This document shows positions 28,301 to 35,634 of a DNA stretch of 64,000 bases, piece after piece. The position numbers were made by a program, and so were the translations under genes. This DNA is from Reyranellaceae bacterium. GTDB taxonomy: Bacteria > Pseudomonadota > Alphaproteobacteria > Reyranellales > Reyranellaceae. The DNA lies in contig JAXMCN010000019.1 of the NCBI GenBank assembly GCA_046349275.1, forward strand, positions 31,053 to 95,052. Direction: 5' to 3'. The number at the start of each line of letters is the position of its first letter. Position 1 is the first letter of the stretch. The notes beneath the pieces were generated by a model. It was not told the origin of the DNA, searched no databases, and saw only the letters and a program-made list of their open reading frames with translations.

Positions 28301-29827
28301 TGGCCGCAGCTGCCGCCGGCGGCGCTGCGCGCCTTCATCGACGCCTGCGACCCGCGGCGCGACGTCGAGGTACTCGACCGTCTGGCCGACCTGTTCGCGC
28401 TGCACGTCGCGCACGAGCCCGCGACGGTCAGCGCCTATCTCGACCAGGCGATCAGCCCGCTCGCCCTGGCCAGCCTCGTCGAGCCGGGGCGGATCCGCCG
28501 CCAGGCGCGCTTCGCCGCGCAGTTCGCCATCTTCTCGATCTTCTCCTGCCTCGACCGCCCCGAGGCGCTGCCGGCGGTGCGCAGCTTCGTGCGCGCCAAG
28601 TACCGCTCGGTGCTCGACCTGGTCGACGATGAGGCCGAAGGCTCGACGCTCGGCCGCTTCGCCCGCGGCACGGTACGGCAGGTGCTGTTCCGCCTGTTCG
28701 ACAGCCTCGGCGTGTCCTACTGGAACAAGTTCATCGCCGGCATGGCGCCGAGCGGCAACGACAGGTTCTTCGTCGACAATGACGGCGTCGTGCAGCACGA
28801 CCTGCTGGCGCAGTTCCTGCCCTACGTCGTCGACCTGCACAACGGCGACCTGCAGCGCCTGTCGCTGGCGCCCGGCAGCGACTTCCATCGGCTGGTGCTG
28901 CGCATGCTCGACTTCCGGCCAGCCAGCATCGTCGGCTACAACGCCACGATCGCTCTGCCCAAGGTGCTGATGGGCCAGGACTGGGCGGTGACCGAATCGC
29001 TCGTCCTCGAGCTGATCGGACGCGGCACGCCGTCCGCCGTCTTCCACGGCCAGCTGCTTCTGTCGAACCTCGCCTTCAGCGACCCGGCGCTCGCCCAGCC
29101 CTGCCTGGCGCTGTTCCGCGACCGCATCCTGCCGAGCCTGCTGGCGAGCGACATCGACACCGACTGGTCGATGTCGTTCTGCGTCGCCAGCCTCGACGTC
29201 GAGCGGCTGTGGCCGACCTTCGAGGGCCTGCTGCAGGTGTTCTTCCGGCACTTCGAGGAAGTCGGCAGCGCGACGGCCTGCACGGGCTTCGGCGATCACC
29301 TGTACAAGGTCTGCTACTGCAGCGACCCGGCGCTCGGCCGCAACGTCGCGACGCTCCTGCTGCGCGACCGCAACCGCTTCCTCGGGCCGCTGTGGCGCGA
29401 CTGCACGCTCAAGGTCCTGGCCGCCCTGCAGACGCGCAACGCCGGGACGCTGTACGCCGTCCTGGCGGCCGAGGGCGCCGACGACAGCCTGGCGCGCGCC
29501 GCGGTGGCGCAGGCCAGCGACGAGATCGTGCGCCAGAGCCGGCTGTTCCCCTTCCAGGTCGAGGTCAACCGCTTCGTCGCCTGGATGTTCGTCGCCGAGC
29601 CGCGGCTGCGCCACGCCATCGTCAAGCACTTCATCGGCAGCCTGGCGGCCGGCCGGTCGGTCGCCGACTTCACGCGCGGCGTGCGCCGGACCATCGTCGC
29701 CCTGCTCAACGTCTTCTTCGGCGACCATCCCGAGCGGGTGCCCGGCGGGCCGCTGTCGGTCGACGAGATCGCGCGCAGCGTGTCGGCCGGCGCGGTCAGG
29801 ACGCGATCGGCCGATCCGGCGGCGTGA
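25376..29827 (+). CDS. Large STAND/NACHT-type P-loop NTPase with N-terminal HEPN-like domain and helical C-terminal region
   Basis: 1483 aa; RNRLAH (aa 227-232); Walker A GDSGSGKS (510-517); Walker B LVVFVDALNE (580-589); IVASLR; YKFFHDQYTQY winged-helix-type motif; GAGAGG RBS. Confidence 0.8.
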   Translation: MQTPDYERTRALLSATGDQQVLRLVRIMDPVFRRSRFRPSPDSAAREAEIVGAARTLFPSPFARQFAAWSDDLVAELDEGTARLGALAEDDPQRAAAERRARLRFRSASLQIETCWKQIVHFLPFIFIAALRRVDDGVLRGEVAREVARALRNYNAFYVQHSLERQKEAMQYLLLASLLKLFRQLTQRRAEGPDFLFAPLMSTDHPSLGDVFPERFDAGMLFLQEIRNRLAHGGLVDRLPAATIGPVADLIRWVFLDLIALLGAPCRAFGLNFVAASRIGADDVEMQTLDFSGVDGPAERRYRVAREWQLEEYAFLPYRIYLVARDKAVGAAQEGVLAPRDYLDLTPFLIVDRLRASGTVSDAAQPDRQQLLFVLQQYLEPVRQLLFSDLGGSGDRLRPADPRDTEADSLLRQMGDFRSRYRDLIEQVSLRDQTRIGRPQARAALWRVSRDHLSTLLDAERYDETGALRPGAATVGPKATYIDELYVEPAEGRAVDAFLAGDRRGLLLVGDSGSGKSNLLIRHFLHRLQGGELAVFLSGRRFETPSFPAGLAAKVASRISDAWTTLDALAEFLEENDETLVVFVDALNEYSGPQGPRALLESLIAEIGADALRRCRIVASLRSETWAQLCAQLGKEAPLDPALFAAPDGRPVRLGRFAAAEALYAAYQAYYGLQPPRFDLLPARLKPLIERPFMMAMVAEAYSHRGRPDDQAEREIPADIDYFTIFARLTERKAQDAQVLVPAGNLAEREALPDAIDDFNALLAEMMFERLCSDDPRLGSSRDALPIDSLNKRAELEPYVQNRHSVSVLEAVLQVGLLERITVPQRNRDGRLMASAAYKFFHDQYTQYCLASAYQRSVLGWLDDQRLADPGGLDLLVGRLEQIVGRAVAAPILTGALDHWLQKNLANFHDGRLEPVLPLLDRLAGHGSPALRHEAMSLVATLVVRGALPAEPAYRALQGASPALRLAMADSFIAFWPQLPPAALRAFIDACDPRRDVEVLDRLADLFALHVAHEPATVSAYLDQAISPLALASLVEPGRIRRQARFAAQFAIFSIFSCLDRPEALPAVRSFVRAKYRSVLDLVDDEAEGSTLGRFARGTVRQVLFRLFDSLGVSYWNKFIAGMAPSGNDRFFVDNDGVVQHDLLAQFLPYVVDLHNGDLQRLSLAPGSDFHRLVLRMLDFRPASIVGYNATIALPKVLMGQDWAVTESLVLELIGRGTPSAVFHGQLLLSNLAFSDPALAQPCLALFRDRILPSLLASDIDTDWSMSFCVASLDVERLWPTFEGLLQVFFRHFEEVGSATACTGFGDHLYKVCYCSDPALGRNVATLLLRDRNRFLGPLWRDCTLKVLAALQTRNAGTLYAVLAAEGADDSLARAAVAQASDEIVRQSRLFPFQVEVNRFVAWMFVAEPRLRHAIVKHFIGSLAAGRSVADFTRGVRRTIVALLNVFFGDHPERVPGGPLSVDEIARSVSAGAVRTRSADPAA

Positions 29828-31094
29828 CCGGCTCGCGCAGGCGGACGCGACCGACCAGCCAGGCCGCCAGGGCGAACCACGCCGCCGCCAGGGCGAAGGC
29901 CAGGACATAGCCGAACGACACCGACACGAACTGGCGCGCGCCGCTGATCAGCCAGCCGGTCGTCGCCGGCCCGACGACCTGCGGCAGCACCATCGAGACG
30001 TGCCAGATGCCCATGTCCTTGCCCGCCGCGGCGCGCGACGGCAGGACGCGCAGGGCGAGCGCCCAGTCGACCGCCTGATAGGCGCCGTAGGACGCCGCGT
30101 AGACCAGCACCAGCGGCACGACGGCGAGCAGGCTGGGCTGCAGCGCCACCAGCACGTAGCCGGTCGCGGTCGCCGCCATGACCCAGCTTGTCGCGCGCAC
30201 CACGGCGACCAGCCCGAGCCGGTCGGCAAGCCTGACGCCGAGCAGACTGGCGGGAATCGCCAGCAGCGCCCCGCCGCCCAGCAGCATCGGCAGCACCCGC
30301 TCCGGATCGGCCACCCCGACCATGTCCTGCAGATAGGACAGCAGGAAGGTCAGCACCGACCACACGCCCATGTTGCTGAGCAGGCGGGTGACCAGCACCC
30401 AGTAGAAGTCGGCATGGGCGCGCGGATCGATCCAGAACGAGCGCAGGAACGGCGCCGCCCGAAGCGGCTCGCGCGCCCCGGCCGCCGGCGGCTCGCGCAC
30501 GCTCAGGGTCAGGCCGAGGCCGACCAGGGTCGCGGCGGCGAAGATCGCCAGGCTGAGCGCGGCGTGGCCGCTGGCATAGGTCGCCGCGGCCACGACGTTG
30601 CCGGCGATCGTGCCGGCGATGGTCATGACGTTCAGCCAGGCGCTGGCCGTCGGCTGCTGCGCGACCGGCACGACGTCGGGCACGAGGCCGGCATAGGCGC
30701 CCGACACGACGTTCCACCAGACCTGCAGGTTGACGATCGCCAGGACGTACAGGGCGAGGCTGCTGCCCGGACCGAACGGCGCCAGCAGCATCAGCGACAC
30801 CATGCTGCCGAGGCAGCCGGCGATCAGAAACGGGCGCCGCCGGCCGCGCGGCCCGCGCCAGCGATCGGACAGCGCGCCGGCGATCGGGGCGACCACCAGG
30901 GCGATCAGCGCGCCGGCGGCGGCGATCGACCCGATCGCGCCCTCCTTGTCCGGCGAGTCGCGTCCGACGATGGCCGCGACCTGGTCGGGCAGGATCACCG
31001 GCAGCACGGCCAGCCACTGGGCGAACATCGCGAACCACAGCGCCGCGAGGCGGGCCTGCTGCGCCGTGCCGAGGGAAAGCCTGGTGTCCTGCAT
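29796..31094 (-). CDS. MFS transporter
   Basis: GALSDRW...GRRRPF motif A, about 12 hydrophobic segments; 3' end overlaps the STAND gene by 32 bp. Confidence 0.88.
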   Translation of the reverse strand: MQDTRLSLGTAQQARLAALWFAMFAQWLAVLPVILPDQVAAIVGRDSPDKEGAIGSIAAAGALIALVVAPIAGALSDRWRGPRGRRRPFLIAGCLGSMVSLMLLAPFGPGSSLALYVLAIVNLQVWWNVVSGAYAGLVPDVVPVAQQPTASAWLNVMTIAGTIAGNVVAAATYASGHAALSLAIFAAATLVGLGLTLSVREPPAAGAREPLRAAPFLRSFWIDPRAHADFYWVLVTRLLSNMGVWSVLTFLLSYLQDMVGVADPERVLPMLLGGGALLAIPASLLGVRLADRLGLVAVVRATSWVMAATATGYVLVALQPSLLAVVPLVLVYAASYGAYQAVDWALALRVLPSRAAAGKDMGIWHVSMVLPQVVGPATTGWLISGARQFVSVSFGYVLAFALAAAWFALAAWLVGRVRLREPVTPPDRPIAS

Positions 31095-31196
31095 GCGCCC
31101 GCTCCGGAGGAGCCGCAGGGCGGACAAGGGAGGCCGACGCGGCTCGACTGACGGCGTATTGTAGCGGTCCGTCCACGAGCCGGAAGGGCAACGCCG

Positions 31197-32453
31197 ATGA
31201 CCATGCCGAGCGACACCGACACCACGAGCCCCAGGCACCTGCGCGACAAGTACGCGATCGTCGGGGTCGGCGAGACCACCTACACGCGCGGCTCGGGCCG
31301 CACGACGCGGGCGCTCGGCACCTGGGCGGTGCGCAACGCCATCGCCGACGCCGGGCTGAAGCCGTCCGACGTCGACGGCCTACTGAGCTACCAGTCGGGC
31401 GATTCGACCTTCTCGACCTTCATCGCCGGCGATCTCGGCATCCGGCCCAACTTCTACATGGACGTGTTCGGCGGCGGCTCGTCGACCGAGGCGCTGGTCG
31501 GCCTGGCGATCGGCGCCATCGAGGCCGGCATGTGCCGCACCGTCGTGATCTTCCGTGCCATGAACGGCTTCTCGCAGGTCCGCATCGGCGGCACCGGGGC
31601 GCGCTCGGTGGCGCCGGTGTCGGGCGACGCGCTGCACGGCCGCGCCTACGGCTGGCAGAGCGCCGGGCAGATGTTCGCGCCGTCGTTCATGCGCCATCTC
31701 TACGACTACGGCACGCGGCCCGAGCAGGTCGCCATGGTCAAGGTGATCCACAGCGAGCACGCCTCGAACAACCCCAAGGCGCTGTATCGCAAGCGCTACA
31801 CGGTCGACGAGGTGCTGGGCAGCCGCATGATCTGCAAGCCGCTGCACCTGCTCGACTGCTGCGTCGAGACCGACAACGGCACGGCGATCGTCGTCACCAG
31901 CGCCGAGCGGGCGCGCGACTGTCGCCATCCGCAGGTGCTGATCCGCGGCGTCGTCGGCCGCTGCAACAAGCCGCGCACCGACATGCACTACCAGCACGGG
32001 CCGATCTCGACCGTGGCCGGCAAGTACGCGCGCGAGATCCTGTGGCCCAACTCCGGCGTCGGGCCGGAGGATATCGACATCACCGGCTCGTACGACGCCT
32101 TCACCTTCACGACCATGCTGCAGCTCGAGGATTACGGCTTCTGCAAGAAGGGCGAAGGCGGCGCCTATGTCAGCGACGGCACGATCCGGCTGGGCGGCAA
32201 GCGGCCGAACAACACCAGCGGCGGCCATCTCTGCGAGGGCTACACGCACGGCCTCAACATGGTGATCGAGAACGTCCGCCAGCTGCGCCACGACGCCGAC
32301 GATTCCTGCCCGATCGGTCCCGACGGCAAGCGCCAGCACACCTACGACTATCGCGAGGGCGGCTGCCGCCAGGTCAAGGACTGCGAGTTGTCGGCCAATC
32401 TCGGCTGGGCCAATCCAGGCACCGGCTCGGCCATGGTCATGCGGCGCGGCTGA
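31197..32453 (+). CDS. Thiolase-superfamily protein (SCP-x/Ltp2-like)
   Basis: AIVGVGET, PLHLLDCC, YDAFT, NTSGGHLCEGYTHG. Confidence 0.88.
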   Translation: MTMPSDTDTTSPRHLRDKYAIVGVGETTYTRGSGRTTRALGTWAVRNAIADAGLKPSDVDGLLSYQSGDSTFSTFIAGDLGIRPNFYMDVFGGGSSTEALVGLAIGAIEAGMCRTVVIFRAMNGFSQVRIGGTGARSVAPVSGDALHGRAYGWQSAGQMFAPSFMRHLYDYGTRPEQVAMVKVIHSEHASNNPKALYRKRYTVDEVLGSRMICKPLHLLDCCVETDNGTAIVVTSAERARDCRHPQVLIRGVVGRCNKPRTDMHYQHGPISTVAGKYAREILWPNSGVGPEDIDITGSYDAFTFTTMLQLEDYGFCKKGEGGAYVSDGTIRLGGKRPNNTSGGHLCEGYTHGLNMVIENVRQLRHDADDSCPIGPDGKRQHTYDYREGGCRQVKDCELSANLGWANPGTGSAMVMRRG

Positions 32454-32467
32454 GGAGGAGACACGTC

Positions 32468-32989
32468 ATGGCGATCCAGGCCCCCTATCTCGGCATGCCG
32501 CTCGATCTCAACGATCTCGACGTCGAGAACCTCGCCTACTTCAGGCATTGCGCGGCGCACGACTTCCATCTGCAGCGCTGCGCCGCCTGCGGCCTGCTGC
32601 GCTACCCGCCGACCACCGCCTGCCCGTGGTGCGCCAGCCCCGACTCCGCTTGGGTGCCGGTCGAGGCCAAGGGCACGGTGCACTCCTACACGGAGGTGCA
32701 TCACGCCATCCAGCCGGCCTTCAAGGCGCACACGCCCTATCTCGTGCTGCTGGTCGACCTCGACACCCAGAAGGGCAAGCCGAGCGAGGACGAGGCGCTG
32801 CGCGTGCTCGGCAACCTCACCCTGCCCGACGGCACCCTGGCGCCGGCCGACATGGTGAGGAAGGTCGGCATCGGCACGCGCGTGCGCATGGTGTTCAGCG
32901 ACGTCGCGCCGGGGCTCGCCCTGCCGCAATGGACGATCGACGAGACGGCGACGCAGCCCGACAAGCCGTGGCGCTATCCCGTTGAGTGA
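32468..32989 (+). CDS. DUF35 Zn-ribbon/OB-fold protein (thiolase partner)
   Basis: QRCAACG...YPPTTACPWC, GTVHSYT; GAGGAGGAG RBS. Confidence 0.88.
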   Translation: MAIQAPYLGMPLDLNDLDVENLAYFRHCAAHDFHLQRCAACGLLRYPPTTACPWCASPDSAWVPVEAKGTVHSYTEVHHAIQPAFKAHTPYLVLLVDLDTQKGKPSEDEALRVLGNLTLPDGTLAPADMVRKVGIGTRVRMVFSDVAPGLALPQWTIDETATQPDKPWRYPVE

Positions 32990-33069
32990 CTTGTCCTCCG
33001 GCGCGTCATTGACAGGACCGCGCCGGAGTGATTGCATTCGCTTTCCTGACAGACGCCACGGAGGTTTAG

Positions 33070-33132
33070 ATGCTTCCACCGGGTCAACGTGCCGCGATGA
33101 TTGCCGGCGCAAGCGTTCGGGCTTCGGCATAG
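33070..33132 (+). other. Possible 20-aa leader uORF (MLPPGQRAAMIAGASVRASA)
   Basis: GGAGG 5 nt before ATG; TTGACA at 33009-33014; upstream of DHA2 MFS. Confidence 0.3.
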
Positions 33133-33229
33133 CGGGACATCACGAACGGCGCGCCGGGGGCGGTCCCCGCGGGTCGAATCAGTTGGGCAAGACCCCACCA
33201 CGACCGCCCCGGCAGCGCTTCCTGTTTCC

Positions 33230-34747
33230 TTGACGTCTTCTTCCTCGCCCCTTTCGGTGGCCGCCCTGCGCGATGCGCTGCGGGGCCGCGAGCCACCTCC
33301 CCTGCCTTCGGTCGCCGCCCGCGCCTCCTATCGCTGGTTCGTGGTCGGCACGGTCTGCATCGGCTCGTTCATCGGCCAGGTCGACGCCAGCATGACGCAG
33401 ATGCTGCTGCCGCGCCTGGAAGCCGACTTCTCGGCCCGCCTCAGCACGGTGAGCTGGGTCGCCGTCGCCTACTTGCTGGCGATGGCGTCGTTCATGCCGA
33501 TCTTCGGTCGGCTGGCCGACATGCTCGGCCGCAAGCTGCTCTACACCGGCGGCTTCCTGCTGTTCGTGCTGGGCTCGGCGCTGTGCGGCTTCGCCGAGGA
33601 CCTGCCGACCCTGATCGGCTTCCGGGTGCTGCAGGGAATCGGCGCGGCGCTGCTGACCGCCAACTCGATCGCCATCGTCGTGACCGCCGCCGGGCCCGAG
33701 GCGCGCGGCCGCGCCCTGGGGCTGCAGTCGGCCGCGCAGGCGATCGGGCTCGGCATCGGGCCGGCGGTCGGCGGCCTGATCCTGGACACCCTGGGCTGGC
33801 ACTGGATGTTCTGGATCAACGTGCCGTTCGGCCTGGTCGGCGCGCTGCTCGGCTGGCTGGTGATTCCGCAGACGACCAAGCCCGAACCGAGCCGCTTCGA
33901 CTGGTCGGGGGCGCTACTGATCGGGCCGGCGCTGACGGCCGTGATCGCGCTGCTCAACCAGGGCTACGACTGGGGGCTGCGCTCGCCGCTGTTCCTCGCC
34001 TGCCTCGCCCTGGCGGTGGTGTTCCTCGGGCTGTTCGTCCGGGTCGAGCGGCGCGCCGCCGCGCCGCTGGTCGACCTCGCGCTGCTGCGCGCCGGCGCCT
34101 TCGTCACCGGCAACCTCGCCAACTTCTTGTCCTACGCCATGCTGTTCGGCGTGTTCTTCCTGATCCCGTTCGAGCTGGTGCGCGTCTATCACGACTCGGG
34201 ATTTCGTGCCGGCCTGCGGCTGTCGCTGGTGCCGGTGATGCTGGGGCTCCTGGCGCCGCTCGGTGGCGTGCTGTTCGACCGGGTCGGGCCGCGGCTGGCG
34301 ACCGGCGGCGGCATGTTGCTCTGCCTCGGCGGGCTCGCCCTGCTCTATCTCTTCCTCGACGGCACCCCCGGACATCTGACCTGGGTGATGGCCGGCCTCG
34401 CGCTGTTCGGCGCCGGCCAGGGCCTGTTCGTGTCGCCCAACACCAGCGCCATCATGGCGACCGCGCCGCCGGCGCTGACCGGCGAGGCCGGCAGCCTGCT
34501 CAACGTCGTGCGCTTCCTCGGGATCAGCGGCGGCATCGCCAGCGCCTCGACCGTGCTCGCGCTCGCTTTGTCGCTGCTCTACGGCGACCGCGCCGGGACC
34601 TTGGGCGCCTCGGCCGACAGCCTGGTCGGGGCCGGCCGCCTGGTCCTGCTGATGCTGGGAGGGTTCGGTGTCCTGGCCGGCCTGCTGTCGCTGCTGCGCA
34701 GCGTGCCGCGTGGCGCCGTCCGCGAAGGACCGGTGGAGATCGGCTGA
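33230..34747 (+). CDS. DHA2-family MFS efflux transporter (start uncertain)
   Basis: SWVAVAYLL, GRLADMLGRK, RVLQGIG, GPAVGG, WMFWINVPFG. Confidence 0.88.
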   Translation: MTSSSSPLSVAALRDALRGREPPPLPSVAARASYRWFVVGTVCIGSFIGQVDASMTQMLLPRLEADFSARLSTVSWVAVAYLLAMASFMPIFGRLADMLGRKLLYTGGFLLFVLGSALCGFAEDLPTLIGFRVLQGIGAALLTANSIAIVVTAAGPEARGRALGLQSAAQAIGLGIGPAVGGLILDTLGWHWMFWINVPFGLVGALLGWLVIPQTTKPEPSRFDWSGALLIGPALTAVIALLNQGYDWGLRSPLFLACLALAVVFLGLFVRVERRAAAPLVDLALLRAGAFVTGNLANFLSYAMLFGVFFLIPFELVRVYHDSGFRAGLRLSLVPVMLGLLAPLGGVLFDRVGPRLATGGGMLLCLGGLALLYLFLDGTPGHLTWVMAGLALFGAGQGLFVSPNTSAIMATAPPALTGEAGSLLNVVRFLGISGGIASASTVLALALSLLYGDRAGTLGASADSLVGAGRLVLLMLGGFGVLAGLLSLLRSVPRGAVREGPVEIG

Positions 34748-34757
34748 GGCGCGCAGG

Positions 34758-34795
34758 CGCCCCGCCAGGACGGGGGAGAAGACCCTGGCGGGGCG
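34758..34795. terminator. GC-rich stem-loop between convergent genes
   Basis: CGCCCCGCCAGG ... CCTGGCGGGGCG 12-bp inverted repeat; no long U tract. Confidence 0.45.
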
Positions 34796-34848
34796 TTCGC
34801 GTCGGGCGAGCGGGGCCGGGAAGGCCGGGCTCGCCGTCGCGGATCCGA

Positions 34849-35031
34849 TCAGCGCGTGTAGACGGTGGTGCTGGCCGGCGCGGCGGGGGTCGTCACGACG
34901 GCGGTACCGGCCGGCACGGGAGTGACGACGGCGGCCGCGGCGGGAGTGGGCTGGACGGTGGTCTCGCGCTTGTACTCGCAGGCGGTCAGGGCACAGGCGA
35001 TGGCGAGCAGAGCGGCGTACTTCAAGGGCAT
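34849..35031 (-). CDS. Small lipoprotein (Pro/Ala/Thr-rich)
   Basis: Lipobox LTAC; start ATG 35031 or TTG 35025 after GGGAG. Confidence 0.7.
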   Translation of the reverse strand: MPLKYAALLAIACALTACEYKRETTVQPTPAAAAVVTPVPAGTAVVTTPAAPASTTVYTR

Positions 35032-35085
35032 CTCCCAAGCGTTTTGCGGAGATGCAACGGCCAAGGTCGCGGGCGGTTGCGCGCC

Positions 35086-35589
35086 CTATCCGCGGCCGCC
35101 GAGATGCGGATCGTCGGCCACGGTCTCGAGCGGCGCGAAGCCCGGCAGATACTCGAACGCCGTCACCCGGTGGCCCTGCATGTAGGCGTGTCCCGTGTCG
35201 GGGTCGCGGCGAAACTCCCAGTCGTGCTCGATGCGGCTCTTGATCTGCACGCTGCGCGGGCTGTTGTCGGGCCGGTAGCGGGCCTCCCAGCGCGACACCG
35301 TGAAGGCGTGCGTCGCCGGCGATGCCGGCTGCACGCGAACCTCCAAGGTCTCGTGCAGCTCGTCGAAGAACCGCCGCTTGACGAGCTGATGCGCCTCGAA
35401 GTCGGCATAGCCTTCCCAGCGCTTGCCCGCGAACACCATGTAGAAGCCGTCGCGGGCGATGAACGGCAGGAAGGCCGACAGGCCGGCCTGCAGGTCGTGC
35501 AGCTCGCCCCAGCGCGCGATGATGCTGCGCGCCTCGGCTTCGCCGACCGGCGTGTCCCTCTGCGGACCGCGCGCATCCTGCGCGCTCAT
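35086..35589 (-). CDS. SnoaL/NTF2-like protein
   Basis: 167 aa; WEGYADF...FFDELHE...HDWEF pattern; same strand and just downstream of D-aminoacylase. Confidence 0.6.
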   Translation of the reverse strand: MSAQDARGPQRDTPVGEAEARSIIARWGELHDLQAGLSAFLPFIARDGFYMVFAGKRWEGYADFEAHQLVKRRFFDELHETLEVRVQPASPATHAFTVSRWEARYRPDNSPRSVQIKSRIEHDWEFRRDPDTGHAYMQGHRVTAFEYLPGFAPLETVADDPHLGGRG

Positions 35590-35620
35590 GAGCTCGAGCG
35601 CGCGTGGACCCGCGCGGTCC
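35564..35620. repeat. Degenerate copy of the GGACCGCGCG...CGCGCGGTCC palindromic repeat
   Basis: GGACCGCGCGCATCCTGCGCGCTCATGAGCTCGAGCGCGCGTGGACCCGCGCGGTCC; same ends and CTCATGAG core as 4813-4865. Confidence 0.7.
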
Positions 35621-35634
35621 GGGAGAAGCCGATC

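Noticed and set aside
32990-33230. Known riboswitch upstream of the DHA2 MFS
   Set aside because: No recognisable consensus (fluoride, guanidine, TPP, cobalamin, SAM) by eye; an Rfam scan is needed.
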